IMG/VR virus record: IMGVR_UViG_3300017917_001353
Span: 38,545-102,544 of that record
Length of the DNA: 64,000 nucleotides
Strand: one strand, 5' to 3'
From: a virus
Lineage: Duplodnaviria > Heunggongvirae > Uroviricota > Caudoviricetes
Under the pieces are notes generated by a model. It did no database searches. It saw only the letters and a program-made list of their open reading frames with translations, and was not told the origin of the DNA. Both the position numbers and the translations under genes were made by a program. Shown here in pieces: positions 28,980 to 38,327 of this stretch (position 1 is the first letter of the stretch; every line of letters begins with the position of its first letter).

Positions 28980-29479
28980 AATTTACACCACATGCGGCAT
29001 TCGGCAAGGTTGTTATTTTGGCTCAGACAAAGGCAGGAGACACTCGTGTGGTGCCCATCGGCGATAACGGCCTAGTTAAAACAGGATGGTATTATTATAC
29101 ACATGGTGTTGCAAAAGTACACGTATTAGAAACAGGCGAACAACTCGACGATAGAACTCCCGGGTGGCTGAACGCAGAACATGCAGGCGCAGGTGCAACA
29201 ACTAGTGGAAACCTGCAACTACATTTCCCAGTCCCCACCGAATGGTTATGTATTCCGCACCAGTATAACAAAGACGGATTGCCTACACTAGAAAGTGCAA
29301 TCTTCCCAGCAGGCGAAACAACTATTATTCCTAACAACAGCAACATCTTTTTAGTTAGGGGTAAGTTGAATGTGAAAGGCAAGGTATTCACTGGACCTTG
29401 CCAAGTTAGAATTCGTTCAGGCGATGCTGAAGCAACTCCTGAAGGACCAGAGACATGTTATGGAGTAAAATTTTTATGA
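28976..29479 (+). CDS. hypothetical protein
   Basis: 167 aa. Confidence 0.3.
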   Translation: MKFTPHAAFGKVVILAQTKAGDTRVVPIGDNGLVKTGWYYYTHGVAKVHVLETGEQLDDRTPGWLNAEHAGAGATTSGNLQLHFPVPTEWLCIPHQYNKDGLPTLESAIFPAGETTIIPNNSNIFLVRGKLNVKGKVFTGPCQVRIRSGDAEATPEGPETCYGVKFL

Positions 29480-30231
29480 AAACTAAAGTATGGCAAAGAT
29501 CCATTGGGGCGTGGATGTTTTTTCCTGTAGCGTACCTAGCATATACATCTGGTGCTAGTCTGCTATGGTTGGTCCCATCTTTCTTATTATATCTAACAAT
29601 CGCACTAACAGTTACAGTTGGCTATCATAGACTGTTTACGCATAATGCATTTGTCTGTTCTAGATTCTGGCATTGGTTCTTTGGACTAACAGGATCTATT
29701 ACATTAAATTCTGCTCCAGTACATTGGAGTAGCGTTCATATCAACCATCATAAGTATAGCGACACTGATAAAGATACTTACGATTCGAACTTCAATCACT
29801 TTTTACGTTTCAAAGAACGTGAAGGAGTTCAAGCAACTAAGAACGAACTTCGAATGATGCGCGATCCTATGCACAAAATGTTAGTAAACCACAGTTTCAG
29901 CATTAGTATGGCATTCGCTGCTCTAATGTTGTTCATCAGTTACGAAGCATTCTTGTTCCTATGGGCATTACCTACAACTACATATCTAGTAACTAGCGGT
30001 CTACATACAATCTTCGCTCACGGCGGCCGCCTAAAGCCAGATGACACTCGTAGATCTTCTGCAAGAAATCTTTGGTTATTAGAATACATTGTTCCTATGG
30101 GCGGAGAATGGCTACACAAGGAACATCATGACAAACCAGGCTTAATGAACTGGGCTACTCGTCCAGGATACTTTGACCTCGGAGCACATTTAATTAGATT
30201 GATTAGCCAGAATGCAAAACAGCCTGCCTGA
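29455..30231 (+). CDS. membrane fatty-acid desaturase (Delta9 acyl-lipid/acyl-CoA desaturase family)
   Basis: Three His boxes: HRLFTH (HxxxxH), HINHHKYSDTDKD (HxxHH), EWLHKEHHD (HxxHH). Hydrophobic N-terminal helices. Confidence 0.7.
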   Translation: MLWSKIFMKTKVWQRSIGAWMFFPVAYLAYTSGASLLWLVPSFLLYLTIALTVTVGYHRLFTHNAFVCSRFWHWFFGLTGSITLNSAPVHWSSVHINHHKYSDTDKDTYDSNFNHFLRFKEREGVQATKNELRMMRDPMHKMLVNHSFSISMAFAALMLFISYEAFLFLWALPTTTYLVTSGLHTIFAHGGRLKPDDTRRSSARNLWLLEYIVPMGGEWLHKEHHDKPGLMNWATRPGYFDLGAHLIRLISQNAKQPA

Positions 30232-30409
30232 TTTAGAAGCCGAAGACGTCCGATATAATCTGCATGTAGGTGCAGAACCTATATCGGACTATAACATCAC
30301 ATTGATTTGGCCAGAATGGAAACCACCGCCAGATCGATTCCCTCAAGTTCCATTACAACCTCCAGAAATTGTAAAATCTAATCTAGCGAAATTAGGGATA
30401 TTCTTCTAA
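30212..30409 (+). CDS. hypothetical small protein
   Basis: 65 aa coupled ORF. Confidence 0.25.
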   Translation: MQNSLPDLEAEDVRYNLHVGAEPISDYNITLIWPEWKPPPDRFPQVPLQPPEIVKSNLAKLGIFF

Positions 30410-31374
30410 TGAAAAAATTCCTTCACCATGCGGGCATGACGCCCATGATGACCACCCCTACTCATATGTATAATGTGTACGATAGAACACAGTCAATGCT
30501 CTATCAGCCACAGATACATTGTATATCTCCTATAGGCAAAGTAGTAGACAAACCTAAAACAATAGAAGAACTATGCTACGAAAGCGCACAGAGGATTATT
30601 TCTAAAGCAGAGTACAATTTTATTTTTGTAACATGGAGCGGAGGTATTGACTCTACTCTTGTGCTATCCGAGTTTTTGAAATATGCACCACATGATCAAA
30701 TCGTCGTAATGATGGACAAGCATAGTATTCAAGAATATCCTAGTTATTATGAGAAGTTTATTAAGAACAAACTAAGAACTACTCATATGGACTTCTATAC
30801 TGATCGTCCGCTAGAAAAAGCAATACAAACAGGCATTGTAGTTACAGGACACTTACTAGATCCAGTGTTCGGATCTAACAACTACTCTGCTATGTCTGAA
30901 CAAAAACTAAGAGAGCCAGTAGAAAGTTTCTTAAAACCGTTAAACGGTTATTCGAGAGAACTTTACCAAAAATTAATAAATGCTTGCCCTAGACCTTTAG
31001 AAAATGTTAAAGATTTATTCTGGTGGTTAGATTATACGTTAAACTATCAGAGCGAAGAACTAATGTGGCTACTAGAAGTCAAAGATATGATTCTGGGCAA
31101 AAACCTTTTTCACTTCGGCATGGGCCCCGATTGGAATAACTATGCTGTAACAACTCCAATTGAAGGCAAGTGGGAAGGATACGATTTTAGAAAATTTAAA
31201 CAGCCTTTGAAAGATCAAATTTATAAATTTACTAAAGATGATTTTTATACAAAGGAAAAAATTAAAATGCCGTCCTGGAGACATTATAGAACAGACGAGC
31301 AGCGATACAGTAAAAAAGCAATCTGGATCGATACAGAATGGAGAAGAGGATGGCAGTGGCAAAATCAAATTTAG
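30409..31374 (+). CDS. PP-loop ATP pyrophosphatase superfamily protein (AsnB-C/PAPS-reductase/QueC-like adenylating enzyme)
   Basis: FIFVTWSGGIDSTLVLSEF carries the SGGxDS PP-loop. 321 aa. Ends with TAG. Confidence 0.55.
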   Translation: MKKFLHHAGMTPMMTTPTHMYNVYDRTQSMLYQPQIHCISPIGKVVDKPKTIEELCYESAQRIISKAEYNFIFVTWSGGIDSTLVLSEFLKYAPHDQIVVMMDKHSIQEYPSYYEKFIKNKLRTTHMDFYTDRPLEKAIQTGIVVTGHLLDPVFGSNNYSAMSEQKLREPVESFLKPLNGYSRELYQKLINACPRPLENVKDLFWWLDYTLNYQSEELMWLLEVKDMILGKNLFHFGMGPDWNNYAVTTPIEGKWEGYDFRKFKQPLKDQIYKFTKDDFYTKEKIKMPSWRHYRTDEQRYSKKAIWIDTEWRRGWQWQNQI

Positions 31375-31811
31375 CAGTAGAAAAAGATAAGTTCGGAGTT
31401 GACGTAGAAATAAAATACTGCCAACTCTTAGGCGGTACTCCGAACATGACATTCTTTCTGTCTCAATTTTTAAAATTAATTCAGAATGGACATGCACATC
31501 CCCATATGGCAGGAAACAACAGGTCAAAGGCCGTGTATGCAACTATTGATAATAGAATAGTTGGTCAAATCACATTTGATATTTTAGATGATTATGCAAA
31601 AACAACGTGGATCGTCTTGAGCTCAGTAGATGAAGAATTTAGGGGCCGAGGCATTTACACAATGTTGCATAAACATTTAGAAACCCTAATGCTCGAGTTG
31701 GGGTCTAGAAAATTGGCAAGTCATGTACACATAGATAATACAGTACGTCAAGCCAGTGCTAGAAAAGTGGGCTTGAAGCCTGTTTATTACAGAATGGAAA
31801 AAGACTTATGA
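31338..31811 (+). CDS. GNAT-family N-acyl/acetyltransferase
   Basis: [15 protein letters not shown] matches GNAT motif A (R/Q-x-x-G-x-G/A). 157 aa. Overlaps the previous gene by 37 nt. Confidence 0.55.
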   Translation: MEKRMAVAKSNLAVEKDKFGVDVEIKYCQLLGGTPNMTFFLSQFLKLIQNGHAHPHMAGNNRSKAVYATIDNRIVGQITFDILDDYAKTTWIVLSSVDEEFRGRGIYTMLHKHLETLMLELGSRKLASHVHIDNTVRQASARKVGLKPVYYRMEKDL

Positions 31812-32047
31812 GTGAACAAACTTTAGAACAACAGATTATTAAAATTGTCGCAGAACAACTGGGAATTCCGGAAGAGTCTGTGAAATTAGATTCGGCCTTC
31901 GTAGCCGACCTTGGTGCAGATTCGTTAGACACAGTAGAATTAGTAATGAGCTTAGAAGATCATTTCAATATTGAAATCCCTGACGAAGAAGCAGAAAAAA
32001 TTACAACTCCAAGGAAAGCAATTGAGTATATTGAACAGTTGAAATAA
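31808..32047 (+). CDS. acpP: acyl carrier protein
   Basis: [34 protein letters not shown] is near-identical to the AcpP core, with Ser in DSL as the phosphopantetheine site. Confidence 0.85.
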   Translation: MSEQTLEQQIIKIVAEQLGIPEESVKLDSAFVADLGADSLDTVELVMSLEDHFNIEIPDEEAEKITTPRKAIEYIEQLK

Positions 32048-32060
32048 CAAAGGAGTAGAA

Positions 32061-32519
32061 ATGGCGTTAAAATTTCAATGTGAACCGGTCCTAAAAGTTA
32101 AGCCCGAAATGGAACCTATGTTAGAAGACCATTATCAGGAATTAACTTTACACAAAGACAAAATTAAACTTGCACCCGATTGGGAACTTTATGACAAAAT
32201 GGAGAAGGCAGGAACTTTCTATCTTCTCACAGCACGTGACTCTGACACTGAAGAATTGTTAGGTTATAGTGCATGGTTCGTAAAGCCGCATATTCATTAT
32301 AAAGAAACCATTGTTGCAGCCAACGATGTTCTTTTCTTAAGAAAAGACCAGCGAACCGGCATGACGGGCATCAAATTAATTAAATATTCAGAGCAAGAGA
32401 TGAAAAAGTATGCCCATAAAATCACATGGCACGTAAAAGGCGAGCCCGATTTTAGACCAATTCTTCACAGACTGGGCTACGCAGATGAAGACGTTATTGT
32501 AGGAAAAATGTTAGTATGA
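32061..32519 (+). CDS. GNAT-fold acyltransferase-like protein
   Basis: ...ANDVLFLRKDQRTGMTGIKLI... resembles the GNAT acyl-CoA/ACP binding strand-turn. 152 aa. Confidence 0.35.
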   Translation: MALKFQCEPVLKVKPEMEPMLEDHYQELTLHKDKIKLAPDWELYDKMEKAGTFYLLTARDSDTEELLGYSAWFVKPHIHYKETIVAANDVLFLRKDQRTGMTGIKLIKYSEQEMKKYAHKITWHVKGEPDFRPILHRLGYADEDVIVGKMLV

Positions 32520-33172
32520 CGACTAGACCAAGTTACGAGTTTTATAGCAAATTGCATTTTAGGCCCGAGCAACTAGAAGCAATTAAAACGCTATACAAAA
32601 AATACTTCGAACAATTTCTTCCGGAAAAGTACGACGGTACAGCAACTTCTGTACTATGGTACAGAGGTGCTAAGTGGGTCGCGGGCGAAGGCCACGATAA
32701 AAATCACAAAGTAAAAGGCGGGGTTGTTGAAGAAGGTAACGACGATCCATTGTGGAAAGAACACTTTGGGGATCTTCTCCCCTACATGGAACCGGCTGCG
32801 GTTATTACACAGTTACCGCCAGGCGAAACTATGCATCCTCACGTTGACAGATCATGGCGTCCTAAGGCAATTTACTTTCCTATTTCAGGCTGTTCTGATT
32901 TGTGTGTATCTGAATACTACGATCTACCTATTAATCAGGGTGATAAGAATAGACAGAGTCAAACTCAGTTTCCTCCTCCCATTTTTTCGTATGCAATCAA
33001 TACACATGCATATCTAACCAATACTCACGAATGGCACGGTGTAAGAAATTTAAGCGATCAAACACGCACTGCATTTGGTTGGAATTTTAGACAAGGGCTT
33101 AACCTTTCTATGGCTCAGTGCAGAGACATTTTGTTAAAGTTAGGTTACATCAGAGAAGACGACGAAAGATAA
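32516..33172 (+). CDS. cupin-type 2OG-Fe(II) oxygenase-like hydroxylase (paralog family A)
   Basis: HPHVD (HxD) ... HEWHGV (distal His). DPLWKEHFG..LLPYM...YFPI.GC...SEYYDLP is shared with the next gene. Confidence 0.45.
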   Translation: MTTRPSYEFYSKLHFRPEQLEAIKTLYKKYFEQFLPEKYDGTATSVLWYRGAKWVAGEGHDKNHKVKGGVVEEGNDDPLWKEHFGDLLPYMEPAAVITQLPPGETMHPHVDRSWRPKAIYFPISGCSDLCVSEYYDLPINQGDKNRQSQTQFPPPIFSYAINTHAYLTNTHEWHGVRNLSDQTRTAFGWNFRQGLNLSMAQCRDILLKLGYIREDDER

Positions 33173-33817
33173 TTGAGTATGAAAGAAGCCAGGGATCTTT
33201 TTACAAAGTGTTCCTTTACTGAGGCACAGCTCGATGCCATGAGAGAACTATATAGAAAATGGTTCGCTCCCCGGGTCCCTGAACTTTATAACGGAACAGC
33301 AACAGTTGCTATCTGGTATCCAAATGGTAAGTGGGAACAAACCAAGGGCAAAGATGTAAATCATTCCAATTACGGATTTGTTGACCCTGAAATAGGGAAA
33401 GACCCCCTTTGGAAAGAGCACTTCGGGCCCCTTCTACCCTATATGGCAAAAGATGCTGTTATCACTAAATTACCTCCTAATTCTGTAATGCATCCACACA
33501 TTGATAGGTCTTGGAGAGGGCAGGCAATTTACTTTCCTATTGAAGGGTGTACAACTGAATGTTATTCCGAATATTACGATCTACCTAAAGCAGACTCTCC
33601 GAACAGACAGAGTCAGGTAGAGTTTCCGCCAGCAATTTATCAATATGCCATTCATGACAATGCTTATCTAACAAATGTTCACGAGTGGCACGGTGTAAGA
33701 AATACCGCAAACGTTACAAGGATAGCATTTGGTTGGAATTTTAATCCAATAGCAAGGTGGCCCTACGTAAGATGTAGGGATAAGATGATAGAATTAGGAT
33801 ATATTAATGAGCAATAA
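33173..33817 (+). CDS. cupin-type 2OG-Fe(II) oxygenase-like hydroxylase (paralog family A, tandem duplicate)
   Basis: About 55% identical to 32516..33172 (HPHID ... HEWHGVRN). Confidence 0.45.
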   Translation: MSMKEARDLFTKCSFTEAQLDAMRELYRKWFAPRVPELYNGTATVAIWYPNGKWEQTKGKDVNHSNYGFVDPEIGKDPLWKEHFGPLLPYMAKDAVITKLPPNSVMHPHIDRSWRGQAIYFPIEGCTTECYSEYYDLPKADSPNRQSQVEFPPAIYQYAIHDNAYLTNVHEWHGVRNTANVTRIAFGWNFNPIARWPYVRCRDKMIELGYINEQ

Positions 33818-34400
33818 TTTTTGTTATTACCGTTTAAAAATTAAATTAGACAACTTCCTAAATCCAAAATGGAAGTTACCCAAACCCACTGGCCTTTATG
33901 GGATATGGAATCCAATGGCCGAAGAAGTTTTCAGTGGTGCTTGGCTTGAATACATGAAGTCTATAGATATTCCTATCTATAACGCAATGGTTTTTTATAG
34001 AGGCCCCGGAGCAAGTACGAAAGAAGTGCATGTTGACATCAGCAAGACAGATCCTTTAGAATTAACTAATTACGGATTCAATTGGTGTATCGGCGGTACT
34101 GAAAGCAGTATGGTCTGGTATGAGATCCCCGGAGACGGAACGGTCAAAGAGGAAGATGTAATTTGGACTGCTGCTAAAACTCCTTATGTTGCTTGGAAGT
34201 ACGAAGAAGTTAAAGAAATTGAAAGAGCGAATATTGGGCGAGAGATGACACTGGTTAAAACTGATCTCCCACATTCTATACAAATGGGCAAAGAGCCTAG
34301 ATGGTGTATCAGTGCAAGAAGTTCTTCCCTTAACAACCTTAAATGGGACGAAATTCTCGATCATCTTCGTGCAAAAGATTTACTGGTAGAAAGAACATGA
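33807..34400 (+). CDS. cupin-type oxygenase-like protein (paralog family B)
   Basis: NPKWKLPKPTG, VFYRGPGASTKEVHVDIS (HxD), PHSIQMGKEPRWCISARS, LLVER. Confidence 0.4.
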   Translation: MSNNFCYYRLKIKLDNFLNPKWKLPKPTGLYGIWNPMAEEVFSGAWLEYMKSIDIPIYNAMVFYRGPGASTKEVHVDISKTDPLELTNYGFNWCIGGTESSMVWYEIPGDGTVKEEDVIWTAAKTPYVAWKYEEVKEIERANIGREMTLVKTDLPHSIQMGKEPRWCISARSSSLNNLKWDEILDHLRAKDLLVERT

Positions 34401-34984
34401 CCATAGAAAAATGCTGGTATGAATTAAACATACCTTGCGAAAATGCGTTGAACCCTAACTGGAAGTTTCCTGATGTTGAAGGGAAAGACTTTGGTGTTTG
34501 GGATTATAAAGCGCATCAGATTTTTAATCCTAGGTGGGTCTATGATGTTGCACAAAAGGGCCTGCTAATCGCCGAGGCATTAGTATTCTACAGAGGTCCT
34601 AATCATAATACTGATAATGCACACTTAGATATACACAGAAGTCATCCTGTTAAAATTTCCACCTTTGGTTTAAATTTAATCATAGGCGGCCAAGACGCAC
34701 ATATGACCTGGTATAAAACTCCTAGAATTACTAGAAAACCCACACCCGGTGGCGCCGGAACTGTATATTATAATTGGCCTGTTAGTTCTCTAACAGAAAT
34801 TGATAGACATATTCTTGCAGAAAATAAAGTAACAATGGTGCGTGTAGGAATCCCACATACAATTATTATGGGAGATCAACCTCGCTGGTGTATTTCTGCT
34901 AGATGTGCAACTGTAGAAAATATGTACTGGCCGCAGATTACTGAATGGATGAGAAAACGAGATTTATTAGTTGAAAGAGATTAA
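34397..34984 (+). CDS. cupin-type oxygenase-like protein (paralog family B, tandem duplicate)
   Basis: NPNWKFPDVEG, VFYRGPNHNTDNAHLDIH, PHTIIMGDQPRWCISAR, LLVER. Start at the ATGA overlap. Confidence 0.4.
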   Translation: MTIEKCWYELNIPCENALNPNWKFPDVEGKDFGVWDYKAHQIFNPRWVYDVAQKGLLIAEALVFYRGPNHNTDNAHLDIHRSHPVKISTFGLNLIIGGQDAHMTWYKTPRITRKPTPGGAGTVYYNWPVSSLTEIDRHILAENKVTMVRVGIPHTIIMGDQPRWCISARCATVENMYWPQITEWMRKRDLLVERD

Positions 34985-34986
34985 CA

Positions 34987-35547
34987 ATGTTTGAAAAGAT
35001 TAATTTTAAGTTAAAGGATGATATTGATTTTGAAAGACTTAAAGGTTCAATCGTAACCTCTTATGGTAGAGAACCTAGGCCTAGACTAACTTATTATAGA
35101 TTAGGCGATCCTGAATATTTTAGATCTCTTTTACCTGACGAATTGCCCTGGGGAAATATCCCTCCTTTACAAGTACAAGTTGCTGAAATTGTAGATAGTG
35201 TCGGCGGACATTTATTACCTCATATCGATCATAATATTAGTGCCTGTGCAAATTATTATGTAACTACGGGTAATTCTAAAACGCACTTTTATAACCTCAA
35301 AGAAGGCGGTGGAGGATTTGTATATCCTGGACGACAGTCTGCTAACATCTTTACATTAGATCAGGTTGATAAGGTAACAGATTTTACAGCCGCAGACGGT
35401 GATATGTTTCTATTAGACGTGTCATCAATACACAGTGTCGAAACTCCCCAACCAGGAATCAGACGATTCATCACGTGGCAATGGGTAGGTGTTCCATTTG
35501 AAGAAGTGAGAAAATCTTTAAAGCAGAACCAAACTTCTACAGTTTAA
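34987..35547 (+). CDS. AspH-like/cupin 2OG-Fe(II) oxygenase-like protein
   Basis: GGHLLPHIDHN (HxD) ... DGDMFLLDVSSIHSVETP...RRFITWQW. Confidence 0.4.
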   Translation: MFEKINFKLKDDIDFERLKGSIVTSYGREPRPRLTYYRLGDPEYFRSLLPDELPWGNIPPLQVQVAEIVDSVGGHLLPHIDHNISACANYYVTTGNSKTHFYNLKEGGGGFVYPGRQSANIFTLDQVDKVTDFTAADGDMFLLDVSSIHSVETPQPGIRRFITWQWVGVPFEEVRKSLKQNQTSTV

Positions 35548-35550
35548 AAT

Positions 35551-36867
35551 ATGCCTTCTACATACTGTAAAACCGTGTGGAACGGTCTTCACATTCAGCC
35601 TGATGGTTACATCAGGCTTTGTTCTCTCGGAGCCAACTCTGTGCCCGAACTCGATATGCAACGTGCTAGAGATAGAGATGGAAATCTCATGAACATTGCA
35701 ACACACGAAGTTAAGGATATGATTAACAGCGATAAGCATCGGGAAGTTCGTAGGCTAAATGTAGAAAAGCCCGGCGAGTGGAGCCCGCACTGTGTTTGCT
35801 GTGAAAATAGAGAAAAAATTGTTCGAAGAAATGATGACATCGATACCAGCAGAAGACAAGCATTGATGTTCCATGTTAGATCTCCAGGTCTGAATGAGTT
35901 CACGCTAAAAGATAACATGGAGAAAGATGGTTCCGTAAACTGGGGGCCCAGTAGTCTAGATATTCGTTTCGGTAATCTCTGCAATCAAAAATGTATTATG
36001 TGTGGTCCGCACTTTAGTAACCTATGGTACGAAGAATGGGCCGACTTTTATAAAACAGACAAGATAGGATTCATCAATGAAAAAATTCAGATTGTTCGAG
36101 ATCCTGTAAAGAACAAGTTTATAGATCCGGAAGAATTTAAGTGGCACGAAAGTCCGCAATGGTGGGCAAAGTTTGAAGAAATGTGTCCTACTCTTTCTCA
36201 TATCTATATTACAGGCGGCGAACCTATGGTAACTCCGTCTCACGATGTAATGTTAGATAAGTTGATTGCTAACGGTTATGCTAAAAAGATTACATTAGAA
36301 TACGATACAAATCTTAGCGCCATTAACAACAAGATATTAGAACGTTGGCCTAACTTCAAGAAAGTAATTGTACGTGCAAGTATGGACGGCACTGGAGATC
36401 AGTACGAGTTAATTAGATTTGGCGGCAACTGGAACAAGTTTGTCGAGAATGTTAAGCGTCTCAAGGCAGCGACCGCAGAATTTCCGCACATTAAATTTGA
36501 AAGTGTTTCTTCTTGTGTACAGTTATCAACACTCTACGAAATTGAAAAGTCTGAAAAATTCTGTGAAGAAATGGATGTTCCTTTTCATATAAGATTCTTA
36601 GAAGGCCCTGTATTCTTTTCTCTAAATCATATTCCACGAAAATATAAGTTAGAACTAATAGAATACTATAAAACATTATCTGGAACAAAGCCTCCGTTGA
36701 TTATAAAATATCTAGAAAATAACTTAGACTATCCTATTAGAGAAGATTCGATGCAGCGGTGCATAGAGTTCATGGACTTCCTAGATACTACTCGTAATAC
36801 AAATTGGAAAAAAGTTCTTCCAGAGATGTATGCTCTATTAAAGAGAATGGTTGACAACCCAAAGTAA
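35551..36867 (+). CDS. radical SAM enzyme with N-terminal Cys-rich extension
   Basis: FGNLCNQKCIMCG (Cx3Cx2C) and YITGGEPMV (GGE SAM motif). Extra N-terminal cysteines (C..C, CVCC). Confidence 0.65.
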   Translation: MPSTYCKTVWNGLHIQPDGYIRLCSLGANSVPELDMQRARDRDGNLMNIATHEVKDMINSDKHREVRRLNVEKPGEWSPHCVCCENREKIVRRNDDIDTSRRQALMFHVRSPGLNEFTLKDNMEKDGSVNWGPSSLDIRFGNLCNQKCIMCGPHFSNLWYEEWADFYKTDKIGFINEKIQIVRDPVKNKFIDPEEFKWHESPQWWAKFEEMCPTLSHIYITGGEPMVTPSHDVMLDKLIANGYAKKITLEYDTNLSAINNKILERWPNFKKVIVRASMDGTGDQYELIRFGGNWNKFVENVKRLKAATAEFPHIKFESVSSCVQLSTLYEIEKSEKFCEEMDVPFHIRFLEGPVFFSLNHIPRKYKLELIEYYKTLSGTKPPLIIKYLENNLDYPIREDSMQRCIEFMDFLDTTRNTNWKKVLPEMYALLKRMVDNPK

Positions 36868-36885
36868 ATCAAGTACACTTAGTAC

Positions 36886-37479
36886 ATGATAAATTATCAA
36901 GACTTCCTTAGTTGGGTAGATGTGGCAAAATTTGCCACAGCCTGTAACAACATCAGCAATGCACCTGGTACTCAAATTCTAAATGAGCACAGTAACCGTA
37001 TGCTCAAAGAAAAGTTTATCTTAGGAGCATTGGCAATCTGCAACCACAAGAAAAATATCACTTGGGTTGATACGATTGACTACGATTTAATTTTTACAGC
37101 GTGGAATGATGCTACTGTGGAAGTTAAGACTGGCGACGGTCCTATGTTTACCGAAAAGAAGGGCGACCTTAAAGAGCATGTGAGTGTTAAACTAAAAAAC
37201 ATTTACGAAAGTAAGGCTAACACACGCACTACATTGGACAAAACATTTGATCATTTGATGATTATCCAAAATAGCGGAACATTTGCTATCGGATTCGTTC
37301 CGTTTGATGTCGTGAGTCAGCATCTGGTGCAGTTAACTGATGGATGGAAAGCCAAGATTCCTGCCGATAAAGTTACTATTGTATATCAGCAGGATATGCG
37401 ACAACTACCTGTAGACTGGACTGTCGATTTGAACCCTAGAAATTGGGTACTTGACAAACTTACTGAAGCAGGGCTATAA
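36886..37479 (+). CDS. hypothetical protein
   Basis: 197 aa. Confidence 0.3.
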   Translation: MINYQDFLSWVDVAKFATACNNISNAPGTQILNEHSNRMLKEKFILGALAICNHKKNITWVDTIDYDLIFTAWNDATVEVKTGDGPMFTEKKGDLKEHVSVKLKNIYESKANTRTTLDKTFDHLMIIQNSGTFAIGFVPFDVVSQHLVQLTDGWKAKIPADKVTIVYQQDMRQLPVDWTVDLNPRNWVLDKLTEAGL

Positions 37480-37503
37480 TAAATATAGCAAAGGAATAAT
37501 ATT

Positions 37504-37572
37504 ATGGCATATCGAGCAAAACCAAGAAGCGTTAAAGCCGCAGTTCGTAGAGTACTACGTAGAAATAAGTAA
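37504..37572 (+). CDS. very small basic peptide (22 aa)
   Basis: RBS AAAGGA. Encodes MAYRAKPRSVKAAVRRVLRRNK. Confidence 0.2.
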   Translation: MAYRAKPRSVKAAVRRVLRRNK

Positions 37573-37627
37573 TGGACGACGATCTTAAAAGATTCGGAGT
37601 TGGATTTGTTACTGTTGTAATAATCAT

Positions 37628-37969
37628 GCTACTAGTCTTGTAAGTTATTGCTGTAAGAAGCAAAGAGAAAAGTGTTCTGGACGCGGGTTCGACTCCCGCC
37701 ATCTCCACCGAAGCACATTGCGGCACTAGGAGCGCATTTAAACTTAACCTAGTGTGGCTACTTAGGCAGTGTGTTTCGTTGGGGATGTACTGGTTTCGAC
37801 AGGGCAAAGAGTAACAGAGTGGACAGCACGGTAGGCGATGACCGTAAATCAAGCAAAACAAAATAGACGCAAACGACAACGTTTACGCATTAGCAGCCTA
37901 AACACTGCTTAGGGTAACTATACCTCGTAACAGAAAATAGTAATAGGCTCTTCGGAGCCTATTTTTTTG
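37628..37969 (+). ncRNA. ssrA: tmRNA (ssrA), circularly permuted two-piece type
   Basis: Acceptor-piece 3' end GGACGCGGGTTCGACTCCCGCCATCTCCACC (T-arm plus acceptor strand plus CC, 37679-37709) lies upstream of the coding-piece 5' end GGGGATGTACTGGTTTCGACAGG (37781). The GGGGATG/CATCTCC acceptor helix has the G3:U wobble (Ala identity). Tag ORF GCA AAC GAC AAC GTT TAC GCA TTA GCA GCC TAA (37869-37901) encodes ANDNVYALAA. Terminator hairpin aggctcttcggagcct+T7 at 37945-37969. No T-arm follows the tag, so it is not a one-piece gene. The 5' boundary of the acceptor piece is approximate. Confidence 0.6.
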
Positions 37970-38017
37970 ATAAATAGTTAAACAAACGGTATCTGTTTTT
38001 ACAATAAGGAGAAAGCA

Positions 38018-38317
38018 ATGTTTGTCTATAACTCTGTTCAAGAAAAAACTTCAAATTCCACTCCCTGGTTTAAGGACGTTAATCCTGCCGCTTACGAATC
38101 TATTTTAGAAACAGTACGTAATGCACCTGGCTTTGTTAGCGGTAATTGGGAAGTTGACCCATCTAACCCTAACAGGTTCTTAATCACACACTCGTGGAAC
38201 GACAAGGCATCTTGGAAAAATATGTCAAATTCTTTAAAGTCTTTATCTGCAATGCAGATGGGCGAGCTTTATAGAAAGAACAACGAAATCACCACTACAG
38301 TAAATCTAAGTGAGTAA
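38018..38317 (+). CDS. hypothetical small protein
   Basis: 99 aa. RBS AAGGAG. Confidence 0.3.
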   Translation: MFVYNSVQEKTSNSTPWFKDVNPAAYESILETVRNAPGFVSGNWEVDPSNPNRFLITHSWNDKASWKNMSNSLKSLSAMQMGELYRKNNEITTTVNLSE

Positions 38318-38327
38318 ATACTGAATT

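Noticed and set aside
32724-33017. 97-aa plus-strand ORF inside the cupin hydroxylase gene
   Set aside because: It is an alternate frame of a conserved paralogous gene whose reading frame is validated by the tandem duplicate.
37532-37879. 115-aa minus-strand ORF
   Set aside because: It lies antisense across the tmRNA acceptor piece, the intervening segment and the coding-piece 5' end. It has no RBS, and the RNA-gene signals fully explain the region.
37628-37969. Interpretation as a standard one-piece tmRNA or as an isolated tRNA
   Set aside because: No T-arm or acceptor 3' strand exists between the tag stop (37901) and the terminator (37945). No 5' acceptor strand complementary to CATCTCC exists upstream of 37680. 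The only consistent pairing partner is the GGGGATG that lies 71 nt downstream, which gives a permuted arrangement.
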